DNA of 64,000 bases, from positions 608,001 to 672,000 of the forward strand of contig CAWBWI010000001.1 in assembly GCA_963792585.1 (NCBI GenBank), given 5' to 3'. This document shows, in pieces, positions 36,290-45,695 of this stretch (its first letter is position 1; each line of letters opens with the position of its first letter). The notes beneath the pieces were generated by a model. That model was not told the origin of the DNA. It ran no database searches and saw only the letters and a program-made list of their open reading frames with translations. The stretch comes from Candidatus Eiseniibacteriota bacterium. Lineage in GTDB: Bacteria > Eisenbacteria > RBG-16-71-46 > CAIMUX01 > VGJL01. A program made the position numbers and the translations under genes.

Positions 36290-36847
36290 GTGATCCGGGT
36301 CAACCTGGTTCCCCTGGAGGAGCGCGTCGCACAGCCGCATCCGAGTCTTGCCACGCCGCGTAGAGGGTTCTGGATATCGATCGGCCTGTGCTTCGCGATC
36401 CTGCTGCCGCTGGGAGGAATCGCAGCGATGCAGCGAGTCAAGATTTCCGGCCTGCGGGAGGACATCGCCCGGGCCGAGACGGAGACCCGGCGCCTGAAGC
36501 CACAGATCGACAAGATCCAGGCTCTGGAGCGGGAACGCGCAGAGGTCAACCAGCGACTCGTCACGGTGCAGGGGCTGGTTCGTGACCGGTACCTTCCCGT
36601 GCAGGTGATGGACGAGCTCGCAACCTCGACCCCCGAGCACCTCTGGTTGACGAAGTACGAACAGAAGACCACGGGGGAGTTTCATTTGGAGGGCATGACC
36701 TTCTCGAACCTCCTCGTAGCCGATCTGATGATGCGGATGGAGGAAGCGGACATCTTCGAGGGGGTCTCGCTCACGGTTACGGAGCGGGGGAAGGTCGGGG
36801 CGAACAAGGTCGTGAAGTTCTCCCTAACCAGCAAAGTCAAGCCGTAG
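36290..36847 (+). CDS. pilN: Type IV pilus assembly protein PilN
   Basis: IRVNLVP N-terminal motif, TM, coiled coil, PEHLWLT. Confidence 0.88.
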   Translation: MIRVNLVPLEERVAQPHPSLATPRRGFWISIGLCFAILLPLGGIAAMQRVKISGLREDIARAETETRRLKPQIDKIQALERERAEVNQRLVTVQGLVRDRYLPVQVMDELATSTPEHLWLTKYEQKTTGEFHLEGMTFSNLLVADLMMRMEEADIFEGVSLTVTERGKVGANKVVKFSLTSKVKP

Positions 36848-36875
36848 CCAGCGCGCGCTCGGCAGGAGGCTCATC

Positions 36876-37568
36876 GTGGCGATCCAACTGCGCGAACCGA
36901 AGACCCAGAAACTCGTCCTCGTCGGCATCCTCGGCGTGGCGGTCATGTACGTCTACTTCATGACGAGCCTTGTCCCATTCACGTACAAGGCGAGCGCCGC
37001 GGAACTGAGCGAGCTGACGGGCCAGTACCAGCAACTCAACCGCGAGCTGACCGCGGCGCGACAGACGGTCAACTCCTTGCCGTACCTCGAGAGGGAGTAC
37101 GGGCTGCTCCACGAGAGATGGACGCAGGCCCAGCGCCTGCTCCCCGTGGACGAAGAGACGGCGGCGATGCTGCGCGCGGTCACGCTGGTGGGGGACCAGT
37201 CGGGAGTCGACTTCCTCCTCTTCCGACCGCTGCCGTCGCAACCGGCCCAGTACTACACGGAGTACCCGATCGAGGTGAAGGTCGAAGGCGGATACCACGA
37301 GATCGGCGCATTCCTCGGGGAACTGGCCAACATGGATCGGATCGTGACGGTTTCCGACCTGACGATCGAGGCGACGAAGACACAGGAATCGGAGAAGCCG
37401 GCCACCGCCATATTCATCGCGAAGACCTACACCGAGGGTGGGACAGGCGTCGCTCCGGAGGCCGCCGTCGACGGGGAATCGGGAGCCGTGAAGCAGACGG
37501 CCCAGCAGGCGGCGAAGATCGGCAAGAAGCTGAAAGCCAAGACGAGGGGGGAATCGAGCGATGAATAG
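36876..37568 (+). CDS. pilO: Type IV pilus assembly protein PilO
   Basis: TM, coiled coil, LLP, YYTEYPIEVKVEGGYHEIGAF...RIV. Confidence 0.88.
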   Translation: MAIQLREPKTQKLVLVGILGVAVMYVYFMTSLVPFTYKASAAELSELTGQYQQLNRELTAARQTVNSLPYLEREYGLLHERWTQAQRLLPVDEETAAMLRAVTLVGDQSGVDFLLFRPLPSQPAQYYTEYPIEVKVEGGYHEIGAFLGELANMDRIVTVSDLTIEATKTQESEKPATAIFIAKTYTEGGTGVAPEAAVDGESGAVKQTAQQAAKIGKKLKAKTRGESSDE

Positions 37569-38199
37569 GGGATCGCTCCGCCTGTTCTGCATCGTCGCGG
37601 GAGCGCTGCTGATCGGGAGCGCCGGCTGCTCGACGGGCAAGGGGAGCAAGGACTCCGCGAAGGCGAAGAGTGAGGCTGCCCATAAGGCGGAGGTGCGCGG
37701 CAAAAAGTCGGCGGCCCCCCGTCCGGCCCCGCTTCCCGACCATGCAAGTGCCGCCCAGCCCGCGTTTGCGATGGCCTCGATGGGCGGGCCAGGCCCGGTC
37801 ATGGTGCAGGCGGACTCGGACTCGGCGGCTCTGCAGGATCTCACCCTGACCCCCGAGCCTTACTACTACGAAAGCGTCGGCCGGCGAGACATCTTCGTCA
37901 GCCTGGTTTCCGAGGAGTACAAGGCGGAGGCGGCCGAGACGGCACGTCCATCGAGCGGAGAACTCCGTGTGGTCGGCATCCTCTGGGCCGAGAACGATCG
38001 CTTCGCCCTCGTTGAATCGGAGGATGGCAAGAGCCGGATTCTTCACGAGGGCGACTCGCTCGGCGACGGCACGGTCGTGCGGGTCCTGCCGGATCGCATC
38101 GTCGTTCACGTAAATCTGTACGGCACGTCACGCAACGTCACGCTGCCGCTGGTCGAGGGAGGAGGATTCGATGAGAGTCCCAAGTCACGCGTCCGCTAG
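37561..38199 (+). CDS. pilP: PilP-like lipoprotein
   Basis: Lipobox SAGC, YYYESVGRRDIF, LRVVGILW...ALVE...GD; lies between pilO and pilQ. Confidence 0.78.
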   Translation: MNRGSLRLFCIVAGALLIGSAGCSTGKGSKDSAKAKSEAAHKAEVRGKKSAAPRPAPLPDHASAAQPAFAMASMGGPGPVMVQADSDSAALQDLTLTPEPYYYESVGRRDIFVSLVSEEYKAEAAETARPSSGELRVVGILWAENDRFALVESEDGKSRILHEGDSLGDGTVVRVLPDRIVVHVNLYGTSRNVTLPLVEGGGFDESPKSRVR

Positions 38200-40126
38200 T
38201 CCCCACGGGATCCTCGCCGGGATCTGTCTTATCCTCGCGCCGGCCTTGGCGGCCGGAACGACGCTCGTCGGGGCCACGCTGACCCACACCGATGGAGAGG
38301 CGGTCCTCGCCCTGTCCGCCGAGGACCCCATTCACTATGACGTCTTTCAGCTGACCGAACCCGATCGTGTGGTCATCGACTTGTTGGATACGAATGCCGG
38401 CGTCGAGCCCACCGTCACGGGTGAGGATGGGACCGGATGGTTTGGGGCGGTCCGTCAGGGACTGTGGCGTGATGAGCCGGACGGCCGGATCGTGCGCTAT
38501 GTCCTGGAGACGACGGCGCCTTCGCGATGGGGCGTGACCGCGGAGGGCAATCAGCTCCGTTTTTGCGTGAATCGCGCGGACGCACCGTCGACGACGCCGG
38601 CCGAGAACGGCGCGGGTGAGGGATTCGGGGCCGGCGTTGAATCGACCTCTGAGCCCGCATCGATCGTGCCTCTGCATGCGTCGGAGTCCGTGTCTACGTC
38701 GGACTGCACGACGGCCCCGACGACAACCCCCGAGTCCGTCTCCGTGTCAGAGCCCACTCCCGCGGTAGCGCCTATGACCAACGCGGAGCCCGTAACTTCG
38801 TCGGAGCCCACGTCTGCTCCCGAGTTGGCATCCACGCCGCAATCCGTGCCTGCGCCGATGTCCGTGCCTGCGCCGAATGCGGACATGGCTCCGCCCCTCG
38901 GGGCAGCCGATCCGGCTGTTCCCGCTGCGCTTCTGGCGTCCCCGCCGGAGGGCGCGTCCATGAACCTCGACGTACAGGGAGCGGACATCCGGACCGTCCT
39001 GCGCTCGATTGCCGAGTTCGGCAAGGTGAACATCGTCCCGGATAGGGATATCGATGGGCCGGTCAGCGTGCGATTGGTCGACGTGCCCTGGAGGCACGCC
39101 CTCGATGTGGTCTGCGAATCCGCGTCGCTGACCCCCATCGAACGGGGAGACGTCATTCGTGTCGCGACCCGGAAGATGGTTCTCGAGGAGGACATCGATC
39201 GCGAAGCCGCTGCGCGGAAGCGCGAGGAACTGCTCCCGCTCCAGACGGCGATTCTCCCCGTCGACTACGCGAATGCCGAGGAGCTCAAGAAGTCGATCGG
39301 CTTCACCTTGAGCAAGCGTGGGAGCGCCGAAGTCGATGCGCGGACGAACTCGATCCTGATCACGGACATCGCGGAGCGGATCGACCAGATCCGCAGCATG
39401 GTACAGGACCTCGACACCGAGACGCCTCAGGTCGAGATCATCGCGAAGCTCGTCGACGTCGACGTGACGGCGGCGCGGTTGCTTGGAATCAGCTGGAACG
39501 TCGAGAACCTCCACTCGGACAAGGAGCGGATCTCCGGATCGATCTCGCACAAGACCCCACTCACCGGTGCGACCACGGAGATGAAGCTGGGCATGATCCG
39601 AAGCTTCGGGAACATCGATGCGACGATCCAGGCGCTCGAGAACAAGAACAAGGCGACTCTCCTCAGCAACCCAAGCATCACGACCGTGAACAACCGCAAG
39701 GCCCGCATCCTGGTCGGCAAGGAGATTCCCTTGATCGTTCTGGATCAGTCGGGAAATCCGATCACCGAACTGAAGAAGGTGGGCATCACCTTGGAAGTGA
39801 CGCCTTACATCAACGCCGACGGGCGGGTCACGATGGACCTCCACCCAGAGGTGAGCGATCTTTCGTCGCAGTCGACCGTCCAAGGCGGAATCGTATTCAC
39901 GACGACCGAGGCCGACACGCGCGTGATGGTCAGCGACGGAGAGACCGCCGTCATCGGTGGGCTCATTTCGCAGACCGAGACTCGCTTCGAACAGGGCGTT
40001 CCGATTCTGAAGTCGGTGCCGATCCTCGGCCACCTGTTCCGAACGAGTGACGTTAGGAAAGAGAACCGCGAGCTGATGATCTTCGTCACCCCGCGGATCG
40101 TTCACGGCTCGGCGGGGAGGAAGTAA
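38171..40126 (+). CDS. pilQ: Type IV pilus secretin with AMIN domain
   Basis: AMIN (FQLTEPDRVVIDL), S/T/P linker, ADIRTVLR/VPW N0 domain, DARTNS, secretin GVPILKSVPILGHLFR...ELMIFVTPRIV. Confidence 0.92.
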   Translation: MRVPSHASASPHGILAGICLILAPALAAGTTLVGATLTHTDGEAVLALSAEDPIHYDVFQLTEPDRVVIDLLDTNAGVEPTVTGEDGTGWFGAVRQGLWRDEPDGRIVRYVLETTAPSRWGVTAEGNQLRFCVNRADAPSTTPAENGAGEGFGAGVESTSEPASIVPLHASESVSTSDCTTAPTTTPESVSVSEPTPAVAPMTNAEPVTSSEPTSAPELASTPQSVPAPMSVPAPNADMAPPLGAADPAVPAALLASPPEGASMNLDVQGADIRTVLRSIAEFGKVNIVPDRDIDGPVSVRLVDVPWRHALDVVCESASLTPIERGDVIRVATRKMVLEEDIDREAAARKREELLPLQTAILPVDYANAEELKKSIGFTLSKRGSAEVDARTNSILITDIAERIDQIRSMVQDLDTETPQVEIIAKLVDVDVTAARLLGISWNVENLHSDKERISGSISHKTPLTGATTEMKLGMIRSFGNIDATIQALENKNKATLLSNPSITTVNNRKARILVGKEIPLIVLDQSGNPITELKKVGITLEVTPYINADGRVTMDLHPEVSDLSSQSTVQGGIVFTTTEADTRVMVSDGETAVIGGLISQTETRFEQGVPILKSVPILGHLFRTSDVRKENRELMIFVTPRIVHGSAGRK

Positions 40127-40155
40127 ACCCCCAGGTTGTGGATCGAAGATTGGTG

Positions 40156-40197
40156 ATGATGGGTTGATGCGGGTTTCGCCTGGCATCAGCCCATCAT
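40156..40197. terminator. Strong hairpin inside the IS end, downstream of both pilQ and the transposase
   Basis: ATGATGGGTTGATGC (40156-40170) pairs with GCATCAGCCCATCAT (40183-40197), one G-U. Confidence 0.55.
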
Positions 40198-40271
40198 GTA
40201 TTCAACTGACTCGACCTCTCCTCTCCTCCTGATGCTCCAGTGGATCCGGCGGAATCCCAGTTCCCTCCCTA

Positions 40272-41420
40272 CTAGAATGCGTACTCCAGCCGATGCTCCG
40301 CCTGCCCCGATCCCAACGCTGCCGTCTTGATTCTTCGCCAGTAGTACGACCACCAGGGTTCTGGTAGATCCTCCCGTCGCGGGAACTTCCTCGTCCGAAA
40401 GACCTGCCTCCAGCTCCACTGGCGATCCAGCATCCCCGCTGCCATGGCCGCCGTTTCTCCGGGCGCCTTCTCCCTGCGGCTCTTGATCGCGTTGCGCCAG
40501 ACCGTGAAGACCGCCAGTCGCTCGATGGCTGCTTGGCGACGCTTGCTGAATGCAATGGTCTCCCGCCGGTGGTTGGCTTGACCATGGCGCAGGAGCAGAT
40601 CGGTCAGGTTGACGGGGAAGAGCGGATTGTGAACGGTTCTGCGGACGGTGGAGGATGTGACCCGGTGCTGGACCACGGGAGATCCCGGCATCGTCGCCAG
40701 ACGGCGAAGAGCCCGTCGGTATGCGGGATGATCGTCGCTGTGGAGCACCCGAAGCGAGGTCGTGGTGAGGCTTGGCCCCATGCAGAGGGGCAGGAGTAGA
40801 TCGAAGACGCCATTCTCAACCGCCTTTGGATCGGGCCGACCCAGCTGGGCCTCCAGATACTGTCTGCGGGACCTCTGTTGGGGCGTCATGGTGCCTTTGC
40901 GGCGCAGAGGGCTGTCGGTGAAGTGGAAGATGGTCCAGCTCTGTGCACCGACAGCGAGGTTGAAGTGAAAGGGGAAGAACTGGGAGAGCTCGAAGGACTC
41001 GAAACCGTCGATGACGAGGGGTTCGTGGATCGGGCAGTCGGCGAGGACCTGCCGATGGAAGAGGAGGCAATGTCGGCCGGCCCGGGCGAGGTGGCGCATG
41101 ACAGTTGCGTGGGAGATGTGAAGGATTCGAGCGATCTGGCGCAGACCTGGACCTTCGGTGGAGAGTTGGGCGATGGTGCGGAGCAAGTCGCGGCGTCTTA
41201 GCCAGTAATCGAGAGTGAACGTTCGGGAGGAGAAGCGCCGTCGGCAGCGGGGACAACGGAAGCGCTGGAAGATGCGACCGTCCGAGGGTCGACAGAAGGA
41301 GCCGTCCAGGGAAGGATTCCAGTTCGGATTGGGGAAGTAGTGACGGCAGTGGATGTTTGGGCAGTGGGGTGGACGGAAGGCGCGGCTGTTGGGGTCGATG
41401 GTTGGACGGGGTTTGGTCAT
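40272..41420 (-). CDS. Single-ORF IS1-like transposase (Zn ribbon, HTH, RNase H-like catalytic domain)
   Basis: CPNIHC...CPRC zinc ribbon, GLRQIARILHISHATV HTH, IDGFES and SDDHPAY acidic motifs; flanked by TIRs. Confidence 0.75.
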   Translation of the reverse strand: MTKPRPTIDPNSRAFRPPHCPNIHCRHYFPNPNWNPSLDGSFCRPSDGRIFQRFRCPRCRRRFSSRTFTLDYWLRRRDLLRTIAQLSTEGPGLRQIARILHISHATVMRHLARAGRHCLLFHRQVLADCPIHEPLVIDGFESFELSQFFPFHFNLAVGAQSWTIFHFTDSPLRRKGTMTPQQRSRRQYLEAQLGRPDPKAVENGVFDLLLPLCMGPSLTTTSLRVLHSDDHPAYRRALRRLATMPGSPVVQHRVTSSTVRRTVHNPLFPVNLTDLLLRHGQANHRRETIAFSKRRQAAIERLAVFTVWRNAIKSRREKAPGETAAMAAGMLDRQWSWRQVFRTRKFPRREDLPEPWWSYYWRRIKTAALGSGQAEHRLEYAF

Positions 41421-41520
41421 GGTGGAAGAGAGATGCAGCCGCCGTGCCGTGGATGACGGGATGCGGGGGGACGCCTCCTCCTCAGCGGAAGATCAGCAGC
41501 ACCAATCTTCGATCCACAAC

Positions 41521-42339
41521 CTACTCGCCACGGGAGAGGGCGCCAGGGTGGCGTGCTTCCAATCCCACCAGCGCCGTTTCCACCCGCTCCTCCCACGCCG
41601 GCGAGCTGGGGACCGTTGCGTCCATCGATCGAAGACGGACGTCCACGGCCCGAACCGGTTTCCCGTCCGTGACGCGCGCGAGCCCGACGTACTTTCCGTC
41701 GACCCCCGGTCCAAGGAAGAGAACGCCGTCTTGCCAGATCGGCGCGGTGTACTTCGCGCCACGGGCTACGACCGCGATGTCCGCGTGGACGATCTCGGCC
41801 GCCGTCGTCGCGAAGCTGAAATCGCCGGAACAGAGCAACACCACCAGGTCGACCCTCGCGAGGGAGCGCACGGCCTTCGCGGCGGGCGCCGGATCGGTTC
41901 GCTCGTCCACAGCCACGAATCCAACGGCCACGCCGTCGCGGACAACGCGGAGGGCTTCATTCGCCTGTAGCGAAGCGGCGTCGCCACCCGCCCCCACGCA
42001 GGCGTCGTAGGCCATCTCCCGATCGGCCGCTTCGAGAAGCGTTTGCAGACCCGTGCGCTCCGCCGGGGGGACGAAGGGATAGCCGGCTAAGGGCTCTTCG
42101 GAGCTGCCCGCATCGACGACGAAGACGGGTCCCGCCGAAGCCGACCGCAGGGAATCGACCCAGCCGATCCGTCGAGCGAGCCCGCCGAGAGGGCGGGCCG
42201 GGCAGGCGCAGGGGACCAGATTGCCCCGAAGCTCCGCGGTGTAGGCGAGGGTGATCGTGCGACCTGCCGCGCCTCCTGCGGGGGCGGCCGAAAGGAGGAG
42301 ACCGCCGGCCATGAGGAGGCCGGCGGTCCGAAGTCGCAT
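41521..42339 (-). CDS. Secreted UshA/5'-nucleotidase-like (metallophosphoesterase-fold) protein with CxC motif
   Basis: Signal peptide, TITLAYTAELRGNLVPCACP..PLGGLARR, VVDAG; start overlaps the upstream pilW-like stop. Confidence 0.6.
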   Translation of the reverse strand: MRLRTAGLLMAGGLLLSAAPAGGAAGRTITLAYTAELRGNLVPCACPARPLGGLARRIGWVDSLRSASAGPVFVVDAGSSEEPLAGYPFVPPAERTGLQTLLEAADREMAYDACVGAGGDAASLQANEALRVVRDGVAVGFVAVDERTDPAPAAKAVRSLARVDLVVLLCSGDFSFATTAAEIVHADIAVVARGAKYTAPIWQDGVLFLGPGVDGKYVGLARVTDGKPVRAVDVRLRSMDATVPSSPAWEERVETALVGLEARHPGALSRGE

Positions 42340-45179
42340 CACGGGAGGACGGCCGTCGACTGGCAACGGACGTCGTCCCAGCGAGCGGCACTGCTGGACG
42401 TGCGGAAGCCGATCTTACCGGTCGCGTTCATCAGTGTGTCGGTGAAGTCGATCACCTGCGCGCAGTCCAGGAAGACGCGGAGGCGCTTCGCCGCGAGGAC
42501 GACCTTGATGTTGTACCACTGATTGTTGCTCAAACTCACGTTGTAGGAGTTGGTCTGCGTCGTCGTCCCGCTGCGCATCCGCTGTACCCGCACGATGTCG
42601 GAATCGGTCCTCAACCCCACCATGTAGAAGTTGTTGTCATCGGTGTAGCGGAAGATCAGGTAGGCCTGTGTTCCCGAGGTTACCTTGATCTTGCCTTCAT
42701 ATGTGATGTCCCCGAGGACATCCCCGCCGATCAAGATGCGGTTGGAGGTCGTCGACGATTGGTACAGCTCGCCGTTGGTGGACATCCACGATCCGCTCCG
42801 GACCGTCCATCCATTGATGTTGCCGTCGTCGAAGTCGTCGAAGACCGCCGCGCCGCGATTGGTGCCGTCCGAGGTGCAGAATCCTCCGATCGGATTCTTG
42901 AAGCGCAGATCGAACGCGACATCGCGGACATCGGCATCGAAGAACAGGACCAGGGGTTCCCCATCATCGACCGTGGTCCAGGATGGCACCGTTACGTCGG
43001 TGACGTTGAGCACCGAATCCGAGGGTCGGGGACCGACGTTTCCGTCCTCTCCCGCCGTGCCGTCAGACTTCCAGATGGAGACCAGCGGCCGGCCGTATTG
43101 AACTTCGGTGACATTGGCGCCGCCCGCCCAGGTCGCGATCAAACGGGCCAGGGTTTGGTCCGTCCCGTTGTCGCTGTAGAGCTCGAGTCGAACGTCTCGG
43201 TTCGCGGAAGCGGTCGTGGCGACCCACGATGCGCAGCCGGCCTGGATCCGGCATGGCACGCAGGTGGTCGTCGCATGGCCCTCGGGTGAGTAGGGACTTT
43301 CGTGAGGCGGCGTGCAGCGGTCATAGGCGGTAGCCGCGATGTAGTAGTCCTGGCAACCCGGAAGGCCCGTCAGACTGAATGCGCAGGACTCGCCTTGATT
43401 GACCGCCTCGCTGTCCAGGGTGATGGGAGAGTTCCCCTCCACGGCCCCGGTGCCGTTGTAGACGCCGGTTGTCGTGCCGTAGTAGAGCTTGTAGCCCTGG
43501 ATGTCGCAGTCGACGCGGTTGGTCGCCCAGGAGATATCAACCCGCTCGTCGAGCCCCGTGGCGGCGAGGGAGGCAGGCTGCTGTGGGATCGCGGGGTCGC
43601 AGGGTTCCGAGAGCATGACGGCGACCTCGTTGCCAAGGCACGTGCCCGTGCCCACGTGCCCGCAAACATCCTGGGTTCTGGCGTGCACGTAGTATGTCTT
43701 GCAACCGATGAGCCCCGTCAAGACCGCGGAGGTGCCGTTCCCCGGGACAACGGTATGTTGCACCACGTTGCCGGGGAGGGTGTCGTAGTAGACCCAAGTG
43801 GCCGCGATCTCTTCCGCAGGCAGAGCACTCAAGTCCTCTCTCAAGGTTGGATTCGTCCAGGACAGGTCCAGTTCCCCCGACTGACCGCCGGGTGCGCCAG
43901 CTAGACTCCCGGGGCACTGCGGCGTCGAGGGGCGATCCACTCGGATCTCAGCGGTGGGGTCGCTCTCCTGACAGCAGACGCGCGCCGAAACCACGTAGTA
44001 GTCGTCGGCGCACGCGTTGGAGACGTGGTCCACGTAGTCGGTGATTCCCGGACCGACGACGGCGATCTGGTTGGTTTCGTCGGGCGTGAATCCCGCAGAC
44101 GTTTCCCGATAGACGAGGTACTCCACCGGCACCGTGATCGATGTGTTGTCGGTGAACTGGGACACCTGGGGCCAGTCGAGCTTCACGCCGGTCGAATCCC
44201 GCGCCACAAGGCTCGCTGGGGCCTTGGGCGTCTTGCCTCCGGAGACGGTAACGTCGCGGCGGCACTGGTAACTCTCCACCCCGCTCCGGCTCACGCACGT
44301 GACTGCGACGAGGTAGTCATCGCAACCGAGTCCGGAGACGGTCCACGAATTCACCGTGCGGGCGAGTCGGGCGTCCAGCGCCAGGTCGTCCGGATCGGTG
44401 CCGAAGTAGAAGTTGAAGTGACTGATCTCGGAGAGGGGAAGCTCCGTTCCGTCCGTGTTGGTGGTGGGAGTCTCCCACGTCATGGTGACCGACGAGCAGT
44501 CGGGAAACGTAGGCGGATCGCACGCCGGCGTAGCCGGACGGCTGCGCGCCGGGGACAAGGGCAAGTTTCGGGGATATACGGTTGAAGAGAGCTCCATCTG
44601 CGCATAGGGGTTTTGTTTCCAGCGCTCGGCTTCCGTCGTCGTGACGTCGACGCTCATCTCGCCGATCAGCTCCGGCTGCGGCACGGGATTGGGCAACTCG
44701 GTGCCTCCGCCATTGAAGTAGCGGATGCTCAAGCCCCCGTTGTGGATCCCGTACGATTGCGGTTGGCTGAAGATCATGACCCCACCGCTGTCGGAGACCG
44801 TCTTCATCAGAATCGTGTCGTCCGGATTCGGTGTCTCGGGATCCCCGTCGGGAGCAAGGAAATAGGCGATGACCTCCGCGCCGGGAACCTCGCTCATGAC
44901 GTCGGCGATGAACACGATGGAGTCGGGCCCCGCGAACCGGATCGAGGGCTGGGTCGGATCCTTGCCGTAGCTCACGTGTCGGAAGTCGTCCGTGAGCGAG
45001 GAGATCGCCACCCGGGCGTTCTGCTGCATTTCGATCAGGTTCTTTCCGATCTCGTGGCTGCGGCGGCCGGCCGCAAAGACCTGATAGAGCCCCGCGGTCA
45101 CGATGCCCGTCAACATCAGCACGACGAGCATCTCGACCAACGTGAAGCCGGGCGAGCGCTTGGGCATCCGGGGGTTCAT
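42339..45179 (-). CDS. Giant PilW-like minor pilin (946 aa) fused to four FN3-like domains and a C-terminal ConA/DUF1080-like domain
   Basis: MNPRMPKRSPG|FTLVEMLVVLML, EMQQNARVAI PilW-like helix, four P..P..L....V.L.W repeats, C-terminal FDDFDDGN...W...WDDV domain. Single uninterrupted ORF. Confidence 0.8.
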   Translation of the reverse strand: MNPRMPKRSPGFTLVEMLVVLMLTGIVTAGLYQVFAAGRRSHEIGKNLIEMQQNARVAISSLTDDFRHVSYGKDPTQPSIRFAGPDSIVFIADVMSEVPGAEVIAYFLAPDGDPETPNPDDTILMKTVSDSGGVMIFSQPQSYGIHNGGLSIRYFNGGGTELPNPVPQPELIGEMSVDVTTTEAERWKQNPYAQMELSSTVYPRNLPLSPARSRPATPACDPPTFPDCSSVTMTWETPTTNTDGTELPLSEISHFNFYFGTDPDDLALDARLARTVNSWTVSGLGCDDYLVAVTCVSRSGVESYQCRRDVTVSGGKTPKAPASLVARDSTGVKLDWPQVSQFTDNTSITVPVEYLVYRETSAGFTPDETNQIAVVGPGITDYVDHVSNACADDYYVVSARVCCQESDPTAEIRVDRPSTPQCPGSLAGAPGGQSGELDLSWTNPTLREDLSALPAEEIAATWVYYDTLPGNVVQHTVVPGNGTSAVLTGLIGCKTYYVHARTQDVCGHVGTGTCLGNEVAVMLSEPCDPAIPQQPASLAATGLDERVDISWATNRVDCDIQGYKLYYGTTTGVYNGTGAVEGNSPITLDSEAVNQGESCAFSLTGLPGCQDYYIAATAYDRCTPPHESPYSPEGHATTTCVPCRIQAGCASWVATTASANRDVRLELYSDNGTDQTLARLIATWAGGANVTEVQYGRPLVSIWKSDGTAGEDGNVGPRPSDSVLNVTDVTVPSWTTVDDGEPLVLFFDADVRDVAFDLRFKNPIGGFCTSDGTNRGAAVFDDFDDGNINGWTVRSGSWMSTNGELYQSSTTSNRILIGGDVLGDITYEGKIKVTSGTQAYLIFRYTDDNNFYMVGLRTDSDIVRVQRMRSGTTTQTNSYNVSLSNNQWYNIKVVLAAKRLRVFLDCAQVIDFTDTLMNATGKIGFRTSSSAARWDDVRCQSTAVLP

Positions 45180-45193
45180 CGCAGCTCCTTCCA

Positions 45194-45687
45194 TCAGAGA
45201 CCGCCGCGGCGGACCGTGACCCTTCCCGTTCGGACGAGGGTGACGGTGGCCGAGTCGCCCTCGGCATCGGCGAAGTGGATCACGAGTGGGGCGTCCTCTT
45301 CGAGGACCGTGCCCCGGCTCTCGAACTCGATGTCGGTGTTTACCGGGTCGCCGCCGGCCTCGAAGTCCCAGATGACCTGGGCGGGGATACGGTAGATGCT
45401 GTCTCCGTCCGCGGCCCATGTCGAATCGTTCACGAGACGTTCGGTCCGGTACGCGTGCGATCCCGGCAGGAGGACGAGGCGGTGCGGGATGCGCGTGGCG
45501 ATCGTCCGCTGCCGCTCGAGATTCATCCGCGCGGCAAGGTCGTTCGCCGCCGCCTCCACCCGCCGGCCTCTGTTGGTCTGCGCGAGGTTCGGGACGGCGA
45601 TGGCGAAGACGATTCCAATGACGACGACCACCACCATCGTCTCGACGAGGGTGAATCCGCCGGCCGGTTGCGGTTTGTCTGTTTCAT
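45194..45687 (-). CDS. FimT/GspH-like minor pilin; frameshift in leader near 45660
   Basis: MKQTNRNR.. then G|FTLVETMVVVVVIGIVFAIAVPNL; C-terminal IEFESRG...TGRV typical of FimT/GspH. Confidence 0.75.
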
Positions 45688-45695
45688 CGCCGTGC

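Larger units (their letters stand above)
40134..41521. mobile_element. 1388-bp insertion sequence (IS1/IS1595-like) with 28-bp terminal inverted repeats
   Basis: Left end GGTTGTGGATCGAAGATTGGTGATGATG (40134-40161). Right end 41494-41521 reverse-complements to GGTTGTGGATCGAAGATTGGTGCTGCTG (first 22 identical, 26/28 overall). Encloses one transposase-like ORF. Confidence 0.85.

Noticed and set aside
42195..42225. Selenocysteine in the UshA-like CxC motif
   Set aside because: Both codons are TGC; there is no in-frame TGA.
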